Source of the DNA: Candidatus Micrarchaeia archaeon | GTDB lineage: Archaea; Micrarchaeota; Micrarchaeia; Anstonellales; Bilamarchaeaceae | Direction of reading: 5' to 3' | NCBI GenBank assembly: GCA_050303335.1 | Contig: JBNLBN010000001.1 | Span: 42,239 to 106,238, forward strand | DNA length: 64,000 bases | Shown: one piece after another, positions 27,797 through 37,261 of the stretch | Numbering within the stretch: position 1 is the first letter of the stretch | How the letters are laid out: every line of letters begins with the position of its first letter | Made by a program: the position numbers and the translations under genes | The notes under the pieces: generated by a model | Told to the model about the DNA's origin: nothing | Database searches by the model: none | Seen by the model: only the letters and a program-made list of their open reading frames with translations

Positions 27797-28081
27797 ATGG
27801 AAGTAATCGATATCGCGGTCATAATAAACGTGCTCAACGTCCTGCTGCTCTCAGCCCTGCTTTACACCTATGGAAAGAATTATTTCTCGGTCAAGGCGAA
27901 ATTCTGCCTCGGGCTGATATTGTTTGCGGGCCTTTTTATGATTCAGAACCTTATCGCGATCTACTTTGAGCTCTTCCAGTCCCACTGCTATTCGCAAGAC
28001 ACTGCGCAGTTCTCGCTGATACTAAACATCATCCAGACATTCGGCTTCACGTCCCTGCTGTATATAACCTGGAATCCCTAG
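27797..28081 (+). CDS. Small three-TM membrane protein
   Basis: Three hydrophobic segments; GAGGT Shine-Dalgarno; follows the ArsR-like regulator. Confidence 0.78.
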   Translation: MEVIDIAVIINVLNVLLLSALLYTYGKNYFSVKAKFCLGLILFAGLFMIQNLIAIYFELFQSHCYSQDTAQFSLILNIIQTFGFTSLLYITWNP

Positions 28082-28118
28082 CGAAAGCTATTTAATAGAT
28101 GGATAAGATTTGGCTCCT

Positions 28119-29165
28119 ATGGCAGATTTTCCTGGTGTAGAGATCGCAGTCACTGTTGTTTTCGCCTCGATCCTGCTCGCCGCCATCATGATAGGTCTTG
28201 GCAGGGCACTGCAATACAAGCGGATCGAATCCTTCGGAATCGAGGAACTCATACAGTCAATCATTAACGCAGCGATAATCGGAGCCTTCGCAGCAGTTAC
28301 GGAACTGGTCGCATCGATAAGCTCCACCATCGTCACTCCGATATGCCAGGAAGGGAACGTTATAGAGCAGCTGATCTGCGTGCTTTCCTCTGTAAACGAT
28401 ATGCTCTTCTCGATGTTCAAAGAGCTTGTGCAGATCATGAACCTGGTGGGATACTACCAGTCGATCTCGCTTGATTTCGGCGCCTTCATGATCACGCCGT
28501 TCGAGAATCTTGCCACCCTCTCAGGGGTGCTCTCCACCCAGCTGTTCACGCTCAATGCGCTGATAATTCTTGTTTCCCTCAATATCCAGGTTGGAAGCTT
28601 CATAGGAGAAAACGCCATGGGCCTCCTGTTTCCGGTGGGCCTTGTCCTGAGAACGTTTTTCGCAACAAGGAAGGTCGGCGGATTCCTCATTGCGCTTTCC
28701 CTGGGGCTATTCATCTTCTTCCCGACATTCATCATGATATTCCCGGATCCGCAGCCGAATGCGAACGAGTCTGCACTGCTGATGCAGAATTTCACGAACA
28801 ACAGCTTCTATGCGACCCCGCCAATCATCGACCTGAACGACAACTATGCCATTGCAGGAAAATTCGACATCCTTTCAGGAAGGTGCAAACAGCAGAACAC
28901 AACCAACATAACGAACGTCACATCGAACTGCAATGAGACGCTGGTACTCTACAACATATCCAACCTCTCGGCCAACAACACCTCGGTTGATTTCACGTCC
29001 GACATAACTGAAATAGTGCAGTCAAACAACAACGTGCTTGCGAAAGTCCTCCTTTATTCAGTTCTAGCGCCCGTCTTCTCGCTGCTTATCACAGTTGTTT
29101 TCGTCAAGGAACTCGCGACGATTCTCGGCAGTGAAGTAGGGATAAAAACCATAGCTTCAATTTAA
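28119..29165 (+). CDS. CedA/VirB6-like polytopic membrane protein
   Basis: N-terminal helical hairpin (IGLGRALQYKRIESFGIEELIQSIINAAII), central GLVLRTFFATRKVGGFLIALSLGLFIFFP motif, N-glycosylation-rich loop. Confidence 0.6.
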   Translation: MADFPGVEIAVTVVFASILLAAIMIGLGRALQYKRIESFGIEELIQSIINAAIIGAFAAVTELVASISSTIVTPICQEGNVIEQLICVLSSVNDMLFSMFKELVQIMNLVGYYQSISLDFGAFMITPFENLATLSGVLSTQLFTLNALIILVSLNIQVGSFIGENAMGLLFPVGLVLRTFFATRKVGGFLIALSLGLFIFFPTFIMIFPDPQPNANESALLMQNFTNNSFYATPPIIDLNDNYAIAGKFDILSGRCKQQNTTNITNVTSNCNETLVLYNISNLSANNTSVDFTSDITEIVQSNNNVLAKVLLYSVLAPVFSLLITVVFVKELATILGSEVGIKTIASI

Positions 29166-29189
29166 AAATTTGGCAGGTGAGAAATTAAC

Positions 29190-29972
29190 ATGATTATAAA
29201 CCGCGCTATAACCATAATTGCTCTTGTAGGCGGAATTCTTGCTATAATCCTGTCTATCCTTTCCGGAAATTTCCTCTTTCCGATACTCGCATCATTGCTT
29301 TTCAGTTTCAGCCTGCTCATATGGAAATACGGCTATCTTTTCATTCCGGTCATCACCAAGGCGACGAACATAGTCGAGGTGCGCGGTTCATATCAGGTGC
29401 CATCTTCCAGGGATCACATACTGATGAAGACTGACAACGGCTATTACGCGTCAAAATTCCTTGAGGTTAAATTCTATGAAAGCTCGATGGAAAAGGACAC
29501 CACGGAAAAAAAGAACATGTTCGAATCCTTCGAGAAGGCAATAAGTTCGCTAAAATACGTTGTAAAAGTAAGCCTGATGATCACGACGCTTGACCTTTCT
29601 CGCCATATTGACGAGATAAAGACAAGGCGGGCAACTGTTGAAGCGAAAAAGTCAAAGGAAGCGAAACTGGCGCAGAACGAGGCACTCAGGATGGACCGTG
29701 AACTTGCGTACCTGAACAGGCTCCTTGACAGGATCACGCAGGGAGAACGGCCTGTCGAAGTAGTCGCATTCGCATCCACTACGGCCTTCGGCCTGACAAG
29801 GGACGAGGCGACCAGCAGGGTGAACCGGCAGGCAAAGGAAATACGGACAATACTTTCCAGTTCGCTCGGATGCGAGGTCCGCGACCTGAAGGACACAGAC
29901 ATGCTCAAATGCTTTGAATGGGACTATTTCTTCCCGACAACAAGAGAAGAAATCAAGGATTCCCTCTTTTAG
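29190..29972 (+). CDS. Two-TM protein resembling the N-terminal non-ATPase part of VirB4/TraC/CedB
   Basis: Two N-terminal TM helices, then FESFEKAISSLKYVVKVSL...LDLSRHI, a coiled coil and LSSSLGCEVRDL; directly precedes the ATPase. Confidence 0.6.
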   Translation: MIINRAITIIALVGGILAIILSILSGNFLFPILASLLFSFSLLIWKYGYLFIPVITKATNIVEVRGSYQVPSSRDHILMKTDNGYYASKFLEVKFYESSMEKDTTEKKNMFESFEKAISSLKYVVKVSLMITTLDLSRHIDEIKTRRATVEAKKSKEAKLAQNEALRMDRELAYLNRLLDRITQGERPVEVVAFASTTAFGLTRDEATSRVNRQAKEIRTILSSSLGCEVRDLKDTDMLKCFEWDYFFPTTREEIKDSLF

Positions 29973-30019
29973 AAAACTTTATATATCCCACTGTTGAGTA
30001 CTTGTTGGGTTGAGGTGGA

Positions 30020-31573
30020 ATGAAGTCTTCATATATGCTCTCTAAGGAGCTTGCGCGCAATATGATTTTTGTGCATCCTCCGGAGCCGAGAAAAGATCTA
30101 TTGCTTTCAGATCCGATGCAGGGAGTCTATATCGGGAAAACAAGGTTTCTCGGCACTCCCGTATTCTGGGATCCGAAGAAGCTCATTAATCCGCACATTG
30201 CGATACTCGGAATTACCGGTTCCGGTAAAAGTTATACTGTAAAGACTTTTCTCACAAGGGCATCTTTAATCTGGAACACCAATGCAGTGATACTTGACTG
30301 GGTCGGAGAATACAGGGAATGGGTAAGGCAGGCAGGGGGGAGGATCATAGATCTTTCTGAAGAAAGGCTTAATATCCTCGACCTGGTCGGACTTCCGAAA
30401 AGGAGCCGGATCAGGCACATAATTTCAGCACTGGACATACTTGTGGACCTGAAGGCATATCCCAACGAGCGTGACGAGATCGAGCAGTCGCTTGAGGAGA
30501 TATATTTCAACCATTCTAGCAAGATGCCTGCAATGGCCGAGATAAACCGGAAGCTCTCGAAGAAGAACATAACCAAGAAAGAGAAACAGGAACTGCTCTC
30601 AAAGCTAAGCAAGCTGGAGAGCTGCAAGCCCACGCTTATCGATGTCGTCAACCTCCTTGAGAAGAAGGGGAAGAGGAAGGCTGCCAGGCTACTGAAGCGA
30701 TTCACCGTGGAAGGCACTGATTTCTTTGCAGGAAATTCTACAATGGACGTCAAGGCGCTTACAAACAGCGGACTTGTCTGCGTTGATCTCCACAATCTCC
30801 CGACAGAGGAGATGAGGAGTCTTGCCGGGCTCACGATCCTCCAGTACATAAAGGAGATAATGCGCCAGGAAAAAATGGAGGAGGACCATAAGAAGGTGAA
30901 GCTCTTCGTCGTCCTAGATGAGGCATGGAAGATCGCGCAGGACGAGAGGTCCGACGTGATCACCATAGTCCGTGAAGGTCGGAAGTACAACTTCTCGCTC
31001 GTGATCGCTACCCAGAACCCGACAGATATGCACAAGACGATCTTCAGCAACATCGGCTCGATCTTCGTGCTGCGCCTTGTTCTTAAGGAATACAGGGATT
31101 ACGTAAAGAATTCCATAGGATATTCCGAATTCATTGACAACGAGATATCCAAGTTCGGTGTGGGGGATGCCGCGGTCAACATGATATTTTCTGAGAGGCA
31201 GTCAAAGGTCATGACATTCCTGATGAATAAGATTGATGGAGAAGAGCCTCTTTTCCTCTACAAGATAAAGGGTGGAGAGATGAATATTGAAATCGAACGT
31301 GAACAGTTTGTTCAGATGCTTTATGAATTGGGACTTAACGAGGGCCAGCTGGGAATGATAAAAGCCCAGTTCGAGAAGGGAGACGGTCTGCTTGAAGGCG
31401 AGGAGCTTGTTGCAATACTGGAAAAGTTCGGATATTCCAGGCCATCGATCATATCATTCCTGCGGCAGCTTGGGATAGACGAGAAGAACCTTATAAAGGT
31501 GTTTTCCCTGGTCAGGATGCGGAAAGCGACCAAGGGGGTCGTTCATCTCGTAATGGAGGATGGAAATGTCTGA
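30020..31573 (+). CDS. VirB4/HerA-FtsK superfamily ATPase
   Basis: NPHIAILGITGSGKS (Walker A), LDWVGEY, VVLDEAW (Walker B), REGRKY, ATQNP. Confidence 0.88.
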   Translation: MKSSYMLSKELARNMIFVHPPEPRKDLLLSDPMQGVYIGKTRFLGTPVFWDPKKLINPHIAILGITGSGKSYTVKTFLTRASLIWNTNAVILDWVGEYREWVRQAGGRIIDLSEERLNILDLVGLPKRSRIRHIISALDILVDLKAYPNERDEIEQSLEEIYFNHSSKMPAMAEINRKLSKKNITKKEKQELLSKLSKLESCKPTLIDVVNLLEKKGKRKAARLLKRFTVEGTDFFAGNSTMDVKALTNSGLVCVDLHNLPTEEMRSLAGLTILQYIKEIMRQEKMEEDHKKVKLFVVLDEAWKIAQDERSDVITIVREGRKYNFSLVIATQNPTDMHKTIFSNIGSIFVLRLVLKEYRDYVKNSIGYSEFIDNEISKFGVGDAAVNMIFSERQSKVMTFLMNKIDGEEPLFLYKIKGGEMNIEIEREQFVQMLYELGLNEGQLGMIKAQFEKGDGLLEGEELVAILEKFGYSRPSIISFLRQLGIDEKNLIKVFSLVRMRKATKGVVHLVMEDGNV

Positions 31574-32267
31574 AGAAAAGATCGTAGTAAAATGCAAGCA
31601 GAAGAAAAACCTCAAGGCCCTTGCATCGCTTTTCGGGGGGCTGGGATTCACCAAAATCACATACTCAAAGGGAACGCTGGCAATAGAAAAGACGAGGGGC
31701 ACCGATCTTCGGGGGAATCCCTATCTTGAATACAGGGTTGAATTCATCGGCGACGAGATCATCTTCACATTCAGCCTCTCAGGAAAACGCAGCAAGAACG
31801 CGAGGCTTCTTGAACTGATGCCGACATTCCTGAACATCCTGCAGGTCGCGGAGGATTACTACGACATAAACCCAACTCAGATTTTTTCCAACATCAACAC
31901 TGTTCTTCAGGAACTTTCAAAGATCATAGACAAGGACGCGGTCGAGTTTTCCACGCAGCTAACAGACCTGCAGGCGAAATTCGACGATCTCAACAGGAAG
32001 TATTCGGACCTCGTCCGCTCAAGCGAGGCAAATACCAGGATACTGCTGGAGTGCGAAAGGAAGCGGGATGAGCAGCAGAAGAAACTTTCCCAGCTTACCG
32101 GCATGAGCGACGAACTCCTAAAGGAATCTCTGTTCACATGGATCAAGGTCCACAGCGGATCGATAGACATCCGGGAATTCTCCAAGGTCAATTCCATCTC
32201 AGTATCAAGGACGGAAGAGGGCCTGGACCAGCTGATCCGTGAAGGGTACATAAGGAGGAGGGTTTAA
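31560..32267 (+). CDS. Hypothetical protein with coiled coil and C-terminal winged-helix-like domain
   Basis: Overlaps the ATPase stop; heptad region; GSIDIREFSKVNSISVSRTEEGLDQLIREGYI. Confidence 0.7.
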   Translation: MEMSEEKIVVKCKQKKNLKALASLFGGLGFTKITYSKGTLAIEKTRGTDLRGNPYLEYRVEFIGDEIIFTFSLSGKRSKNARLLELMPTFLNILQVAEDYYDINPTQIFSNINTVLQELSKIIDKDAVEFSTQLTDLQAKFDDLNRKYSDLVRSSEANTRILLECERKRDEQQKKLSQLTGMSDELLKESLFTWIKVHSGSIDIREFSKVNSISVSRTEEGLDQLIREGYIRRRV

Positions 32268-32269
32268 CC

Positions 32270-32410
32270 GTGAAAAAGCTTGAAGTGAACTACCTATTCG
32301 CCTTCGAGATCCTCAAGCCCTACAATTTCACGAGGTCATACATTATCAAAGCCCCGCTAAAAAAGTCTTTTAAAGAGAAGTTGGCTGAAATGTTAACAGG
32401 TCGGATATGA
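32270..32410 (+). CDS. Small 46-aa hypothetical protein
   Basis: GTG start after a strong AGGAGGAGG site; MKKLEVNYLFAFEILKPYNFTRSYIIKAPLKKSFKEKLAEMLTGRI; stop overlaps the purD start (ATGA). Confidence 0.5.
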   Translation: MKKLEVNYLFAFEILKPYNFTRSYIIKAPLKKSFKEKLAEMLTGRI

Positions 32411-33702
32411 TGAAAGTCTTACTAGTTGGAAATGGAGCAAGAGAACATGCAGTGGCAGCAAGACTCGCAACGGACTGCGAAGTATATTCAATCATGTCGA
32501 AAAAGAATCCGGCAATCGCACAACTCTCAAGAGAATACTGGACCTGCGACATAGAAAGTCCGGAAGAAGTCTCAAAAATTATAAATGACAGGGATTTCGA
32601 CCTAGGATTCTCAAGCCCGGATGCCACGCTGGCCGCAGGGATCAGCGACGTACTTTCAAAAAAGATGCTCGTTGCCTCCCCGACCATGGCTGCATCGCGA
32701 ATAGAATGGGACAAGTCGTTCATGAGGTCGCTTGCAGAGAAATACCACATTTCAGGCGCTCCTGTCCACAAGGTGATTCAGGATGATTCCGATCTGGAAT
32801 CATTTATCAGGGATCTGCAGGATGTAGCTGTCAAGCCGCTCGGTCTCACCGGAGGAAAAGGCGTTAAGGTAAGCGGTGACCACTTCAGGGACCCAAGCGA
32901 GGCAATTGATTATGCCAAGACGCTTATGCGCAAGGACGGATCTGTTCTTATTGAGGAAAAGCTGATTGGCGAGGAGTTCACGCTCCAGGCGTTCTGTGAC
33001 GGATCCAGGATCGCCCTAATGCCCCCTGTCCAGGACCATAAGCGCGCCTATGTCAATGACGAAGGGCCGAACACCGGCGGCATGGGAAGCTATTCCACAG
33101 GAAAAAAGCTTCCGTTTCTTACTGATTCAGATCTGGACGTTGCAAAAAAAGTCATCCAGGAGACGGTTCATTCGCTCCGGAAAGAAGGAAGCCCGTTCAA
33201 GGGAATCCTCTACGGGCAGTTCATAATAACCAAGAGCGGTATAAAACTCATAGAATTCAACGCAAGGTTCGGAGATCCCGAAGCAATGAACGTGATGACT
33301 CTGCTTGAAGGCTCGCTTTCAGATGTGTTCCTTTCGATGGCGGAAGGACAGCTGAAGGGCGCAGATTTTTCGGAGGACAATACCGTTGTCAAGTACCTGG
33401 TTCCCAAGGGCTATCCGGACAATCCGCTAAAGGATGCCGAAGTGAATGTCGATGCATCATCTCTCGAACAAAGCGGCGCGTCATTGTTTTATGCCTCAGT
33501 ATATGAGAAATCCGGAAAGATCTTTACAACTTCGTCCAGGGCTTTCGGGCTTGTCGGCAGGGCAGCAACCCTTGAGGAGGCAGAGAAAATCTCCGAGGAA
33601 TCCTGCAAGTACATAACAGGCCCGCTTTGGCACAGGGAGGATATCGGAACCAAGCAAGTGATCGAGAGGAAAATCAGGCGCATGAAAGAAATTCGTGGTT
33701 AA
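32407..33702 (+). CDS. purD: Phosphoribosylamine--glycine ligase
   Basis: VGNGAREHA, GGKGV, QDHKR..D.GPNTGGMGSYS, EFNARFGDPE. Confidence 0.97.
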   Translation: MMKVLLVGNGAREHAVAARLATDCEVYSIMSKKNPAIAQLSREYWTCDIESPEEVSKIINDRDFDLGFSSPDATLAAGISDVLSKKMLVASPTMAASRIEWDKSFMRSLAEKYHISGAPVHKVIQDDSDLESFIRDLQDVAVKPLGLTGGKGVKVSGDHFRDPSEAIDYAKTLMRKDGSVLIEEKLIGEEFTLQAFCDGSRIALMPPVQDHKRAYVNDEGPNTGGMGSYSTGKKLPFLTDSDLDVAKKVIQETVHSLRKEGSPFKGILYGQFIITKSGIKLIEFNARFGDPEAMNVMTLLEGSLSDVFLSMAEGQLKGADFSEDNTVVKYLVPKGYPDNPLKDAEVNVDASSLEQSGASLFYASVYEKSGKIFTTSSRAFGLVGRAATLEEAEKISEESCKYITGPLWHREDIGTKQVIERKIRRMKEIRG

Positions 33703-34800
33703 ATGAGATTCTTCCTCATACTGCTCATCCCGCTAGTGTTTTCTTCCTCCGTTATTACCATCGAGCGCACATGGGATATCGATCCACTGTCCGAGCTGAA
33801 TGGTGCGCTGGTCCTGAACAACAGCCACCAGAAGGTCCTTTTCGTCGATTCGAACGCAAACATCTCCAGCCTCGGAGAGAAGGTAATGATCAATTCCCAG
33901 GGAAAGCATTCCGTATGGGCAAGAGCGAACGTCCTTGTAAACTATGACGTGAAATTCCAGGAAGATCCGCCTCTTCCTGCAGGAAGTCCTGAACTTACCG
34001 GGATGACAACCTATGACGATCTGATCCGGGACAAAGCGAGGAATCTTTCAACAGATTCAACTTTCTCGACAATCAAGAATGTCCTACTTTTCGTTCACAA
34101 CAATATTGAATATGATGAGAGCTACTGGGACAAAAACCGCACGGCGATTGAGACGTTCGCAGAGAAAAAGGGCGTCTGCGTGCAGTATACCCACCTTTTC
34201 ATTTCCATGATGAACTCGCTAGGATTCGAGACCCGCTATGTTGTTGGATATGTGTATCTGGACGACTGGCAGCCCCATACCTGGGCGGAAGTGAAGCTTC
34301 CTTCCGGATGGCTTCCGGCAGATCCGACCCTGGGTCAGCTGGGAAATCTCGAATCAAATCATATAGGCATCAATTTCGGGAAGGACCAGATGACGACCTA
34401 TGATTCCATTCTCACGCAGAATCCAGGGGGAAATTTCAGTTCCATGGACAGCCTCCTCATGACGAGGGATCCTCCGGCAAAAACTGGGTTTGTCTCAATG
34501 AATTATTCCAATTACACTGTAACAGTTAAATTGCAAAATCCCGGCAGTTCATATCTTTTTGCAAACTTCGCATTTGAGTCACCATTCAAAAGCGAAGACA
34601 CCATCATCGTGATGAAGCCGAATTCCACATCATACAGGTATTATGGCCTGAACCGCTCAGTAAAAGACACAATACCCATAACGGTCAGGCTGAACGACGA
34701 AGTGCTTGAGCGCAGGATAGTTGTTACTGAGCAGCAGTCAACCTGCATAGGCATGTTTATCCTCGTTTTGTTAGCGCTTAAAAATGCTTTTATCCAGTAA
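33703..34800 (+). CDS. Secreted, membrane-anchored transglutaminase-like protein
   Basis: Signal peptide; GVCVQYT, HTWAEV and DPT form the Cys-His-Asp triad; C-terminal hydrophobic anchor. Confidence 0.88.
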   Translation: MRFFLILLIPLVFSSSVITIERTWDIDPLSELNGALVLNNSHQKVLFVDSNANISSLGEKVMINSQGKHSVWARANVLVNYDVKFQEDPPLPAGSPELTGMTTYDDLIRDKARNLSTDSTFSTIKNVLLFVHNNIEYDESYWDKNRTAIETFAEKKGVCVQYTHLFISMMNSLGFETRYVVGYVYLDDWQPHTWAEVKLPSGWLPADPTLGQLGNLESNHIGINFGKDQMTTYDSILTQNPGGNFSSMDSLLMTRDPPAKTGFVSMNYSNYTVTVKLQNPGSSYLFANFAFESPFKSEDTIIVMKPNSTSYRYYGLNRSVKDTIPITVRLNDEVLERRIVVTEQQSTCIGMFILVLLALKNAFIQ

Positions 34801-34806
34801 TCTGCC

Positions 34807-35850
34807 ATGGCTGAAGTTCACATAATAGGCGCTGGTCCAGTTGGATCACTGGCAGCTATTTCAGCATTGAAAAACGGCCATGACGTGATCGTATCAGAAG
34901 AGCATGCGAGTGCCGGATCGCCTGAAAACTGCTCGGGGCTGTTTTCAAGGGACGGACTCGAATCGCTCCATATTGATTACAGGAAACTGATCGTCAATCC
35001 GATTTACGGCGCCGACATCCACATCGGATCGGAAAAACTTGAGATCAGGAGGGATGATCCGGTAGGTTTCGTACTCGACCGGGGGCAGCTTGATTACAGC
35101 CTTGCACAAAAGGCCCAGGACATGGGAGCCAAAATTAACTTCAACGAGAGGGTGAAGGGGAATTTCTACTCCAGAACCATTATAGGAGCAGACGGGCCGA
35201 TGTCCCATGTAGCTTCGCATTTCAGGTTCCCGAAAATATCTTCATTCGCCTCGACAATGCAGGAAACCCTACCCTTCAGTTCGGAAGATCCGCATATTGT
35301 CCAGGTCTTCCTTTCCTCCAGATTCCCTGGCTTTTTCGGATGGATAATACCAAAGGACGAGGACTTTGCAGAATTCGGAGCAGGTGTCAAGGTTCCGAAC
35401 CAGCCCGCACCGGCATTCCGCCATCTGCTCAAAATGAAAAGCCTGGCCCCAAAAAAACCAAGGGGCTGGCTGATACCGATCAGTACCAGGAAGAAAACAT
35501 CAATGAAAAACGGCTACAATGTCCTTCTTGCAGGGGATGCAGCAGGCCAGGTCAAATCCACCACAGGTGGAGGTGTAATATTCGGAGGTTACTGCGCGGA
35601 GATAGCTGGCCGAACCCTGGATCCGCTCAAATACGACATTGAATGGAACCTGAGGTACGGTCCGGACCTTAAAATCCACAACCTTGTACATTCATTCCTG
35701 GAAAACAAGTCTGAAAAGGAGCTTTCCCGGCTGGGCCAAAGGCTTAAGAAGCTGAATTGCGATGGTTTTCTGTCAAATTTCGGGCATATGGATAAGCCGA
35801 CAAAAATGATCGGACCCCAGATAATGGCCCATCTACTCAAGGTGTTCTGA
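34807..35850 (+). CDS. Geranylgeranyl reductase family flavoprotein
   Basis: GAGPVG, GADG, FGWIIP, GDAAGQVK.TTGGG; next to GGGP synthase. Confidence 0.88.
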   Translation: MAEVHIIGAGPVGSLAAISALKNGHDVIVSEEHASAGSPENCSGLFSRDGLESLHIDYRKLIVNPIYGADIHIGSEKLEIRRDDPVGFVLDRGQLDYSLAQKAQDMGAKINFNERVKGNFYSRTIIGADGPMSHVASHFRFPKISSFASTMQETLPFSSEDPHIVQVFLSSRFPGFFGWIIPKDEDFAEFGAGVKVPNQPAPAFRHLLKMKSLAPKKPRGWLIPISTRKKTSMKNGYNVLLAGDAAGQVKSTTGGGVIFGGYCAEIAGRTLDPLKYDIEWNLRYGPDLKIHNLVHSFLENKSEKELSRLGQRLKKLNCDGFLSNFGHMDKPTKMIGPQIMAHLLKVF

Positions 35851-36602
35851 TGAAAGTTGAAAAGTACATTAATGAGGAACTTGAAAAAAAGAAGGGTCTT
35901 CTCTTTGCATTGATCGACCCGCTTGATTACAAGTCTCCGGAACAGGCGATCCTCACAGCCAAAAATGCTGATGAGGGGGGAGCTGACCTGATACTGATCG
36001 GTGGAAGTACAGGTGTGCAGGGCGAGGTGCTTGACGCTGTTACCAAGGAAATTAAATCCGTGACATCAAAACCTGTCGTCCTTTTCCCGGGAAACATCGG
36101 CACGCTGACCAAATATGCCGATGCCGTCTATTTCATGTCAATGCTCAATTCCAGGAACCCATACTGGATAAGCGAAGCCCAGATGCTTGCAGCGCCGGTC
36201 GTCCGGTATTACGGAGTGGAGCCGCTGCCTGTTGCATATACGGTAGTCGAGCCGGGCGGAACTGTCGGCTGGGTGGGCGATGCAAAGAAGATCCCCCGCA
36301 CGAAGCCCAAGATAGCAGCCGCATATGCAATGGCGGCAGAATACATGGGATTCAGGATATTCATAACTGATGCAGGATCGAATCCTGAAAACGGCCATAT
36401 TCCCCTGGAGATGATCAGCGCAGTCAAATCATCCATCTCCATCCCATACATCGTTGCTGGAGGAGTGAGGACTCCGGATCAGGCAAAATCGGTGATGAAG
36501 GCAGGAGCCGACATCATACAGGTCGGGACAGCATTCGAGAAGGAAAATGCGATCTCAAAAGTAAAGGCAATGGTGAAGGCGGTAAGGGAGGGGAAAAAAT
36601 GA
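35850..36602 (+). CDS. pcrB: Geranylgeranylglyceryl phosphate synthase
   Basis: LIDP, IGGSTG, LFPG, SMLNSRNPYWI, GGTVGWVG, GGVR. Confidence 0.93.
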   Translation: MKVEKYINEELEKKKGLLFALIDPLDYKSPEQAILTAKNADEGGADLILIGGSTGVQGEVLDAVTKEIKSVTSKPVVLFPGNIGTLTKYADAVYFMSMLNSRNPYWISEAQMLAAPVVRYYGVEPLPVAYTVVEPGGTVGWVGDAKKIPRTKPKIAAAYAMAAEYMGFRIFITDAGSNPENGHIPLEMISAVKSSISIPYIVAGGVRTPDQAKSVMKAGADIIQVGTAFEKENAISKVKAMVKAVREGKK

Positions 36603-37261
36603 ACACCTCCTTCATAGAATTCCTTGCAAGGAGCGAGGCCATTAAATTCGGTGATTTTACCCTGAAAAGCGGGAGGCAGTCACCGTACTTCATTGATATG
36701 GGCGTTCTCTCAACAGGCGCCCAGTCAGCCGTTCTCGGAAGATTCTATGCAGAACTCATCCGGGATAAGTTCCCGCAGGCAAGCACGGTCTTCGGTCCTG
36801 CCTACAAGGCTATACCGATTGCAATAAGCTCGGTTATCGCACTGGATTCCATGGGAGTCCAGAAGAAATGGCTCTTCGACAGGAAGGAAATGAAGATCCA
36901 CGGGGCTGATGCAAACTCTGTTTTCGTCGGTTCGCAGTCCATAGACCACGGAGAGAAGATAGTGCTCGTGGACGACGTCATGACCACAGGAGGAACAAAA
37001 GCCGATGCCATAGCGAAGGTGAAAAAGACCCTCAAATGCGATGTCGTGGGCATTGTTATCGCAGTAGACAGGATGGAGCGCGGGAAGATAAAGAGCGCGA
37101 TATCCGAATTTCAGGATGAAAACGACATCCCAGTCCATGCGATAGAGAACATTTCAAACATATTCGAATATCTTGCGAACAACGATATCGGCGGAAAAAG
37201 ATTCGTCGACAAGGATACATACAAGGCTTACAGGGAATATATCAGGAAATATGGAGTATGA
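36599..37261 (+). CDS. pyrE: Orotate phosphoribosyltransferase
   Basis: FGDFTLKSGRQSPYF, FGPAYKAIP, RKE.K.HG, VDDVMTTG. Confidence 0.95.
   Translation: MNTSFIEFLARSEAIKFGDFTLKSGRQSPYFIDMGVLSTGAQSAVLGRFYAELIRDKFPQASTVFGPAYKAIPIAISSVIALDSMGVQKKWLFDRKEMKIHGADANSVFVGSQSIDHGEKIVLVDDVMTTGGTKADAIAKVKKTLKCDVVGIVIAVDRMERGKIKSAISEFQDENDIPVHAIENISNIFEYLANNDIGGKRFVDKDTYKAYREYIRKYGV

Noticed and set aside
30020..31573. Repair helicase HerA partnering NurA
   Set aside because: There is no N-terminal HAS barrel, it is 21 kb from nurA, and its membrane-protein context fits VirB4/CedB better.
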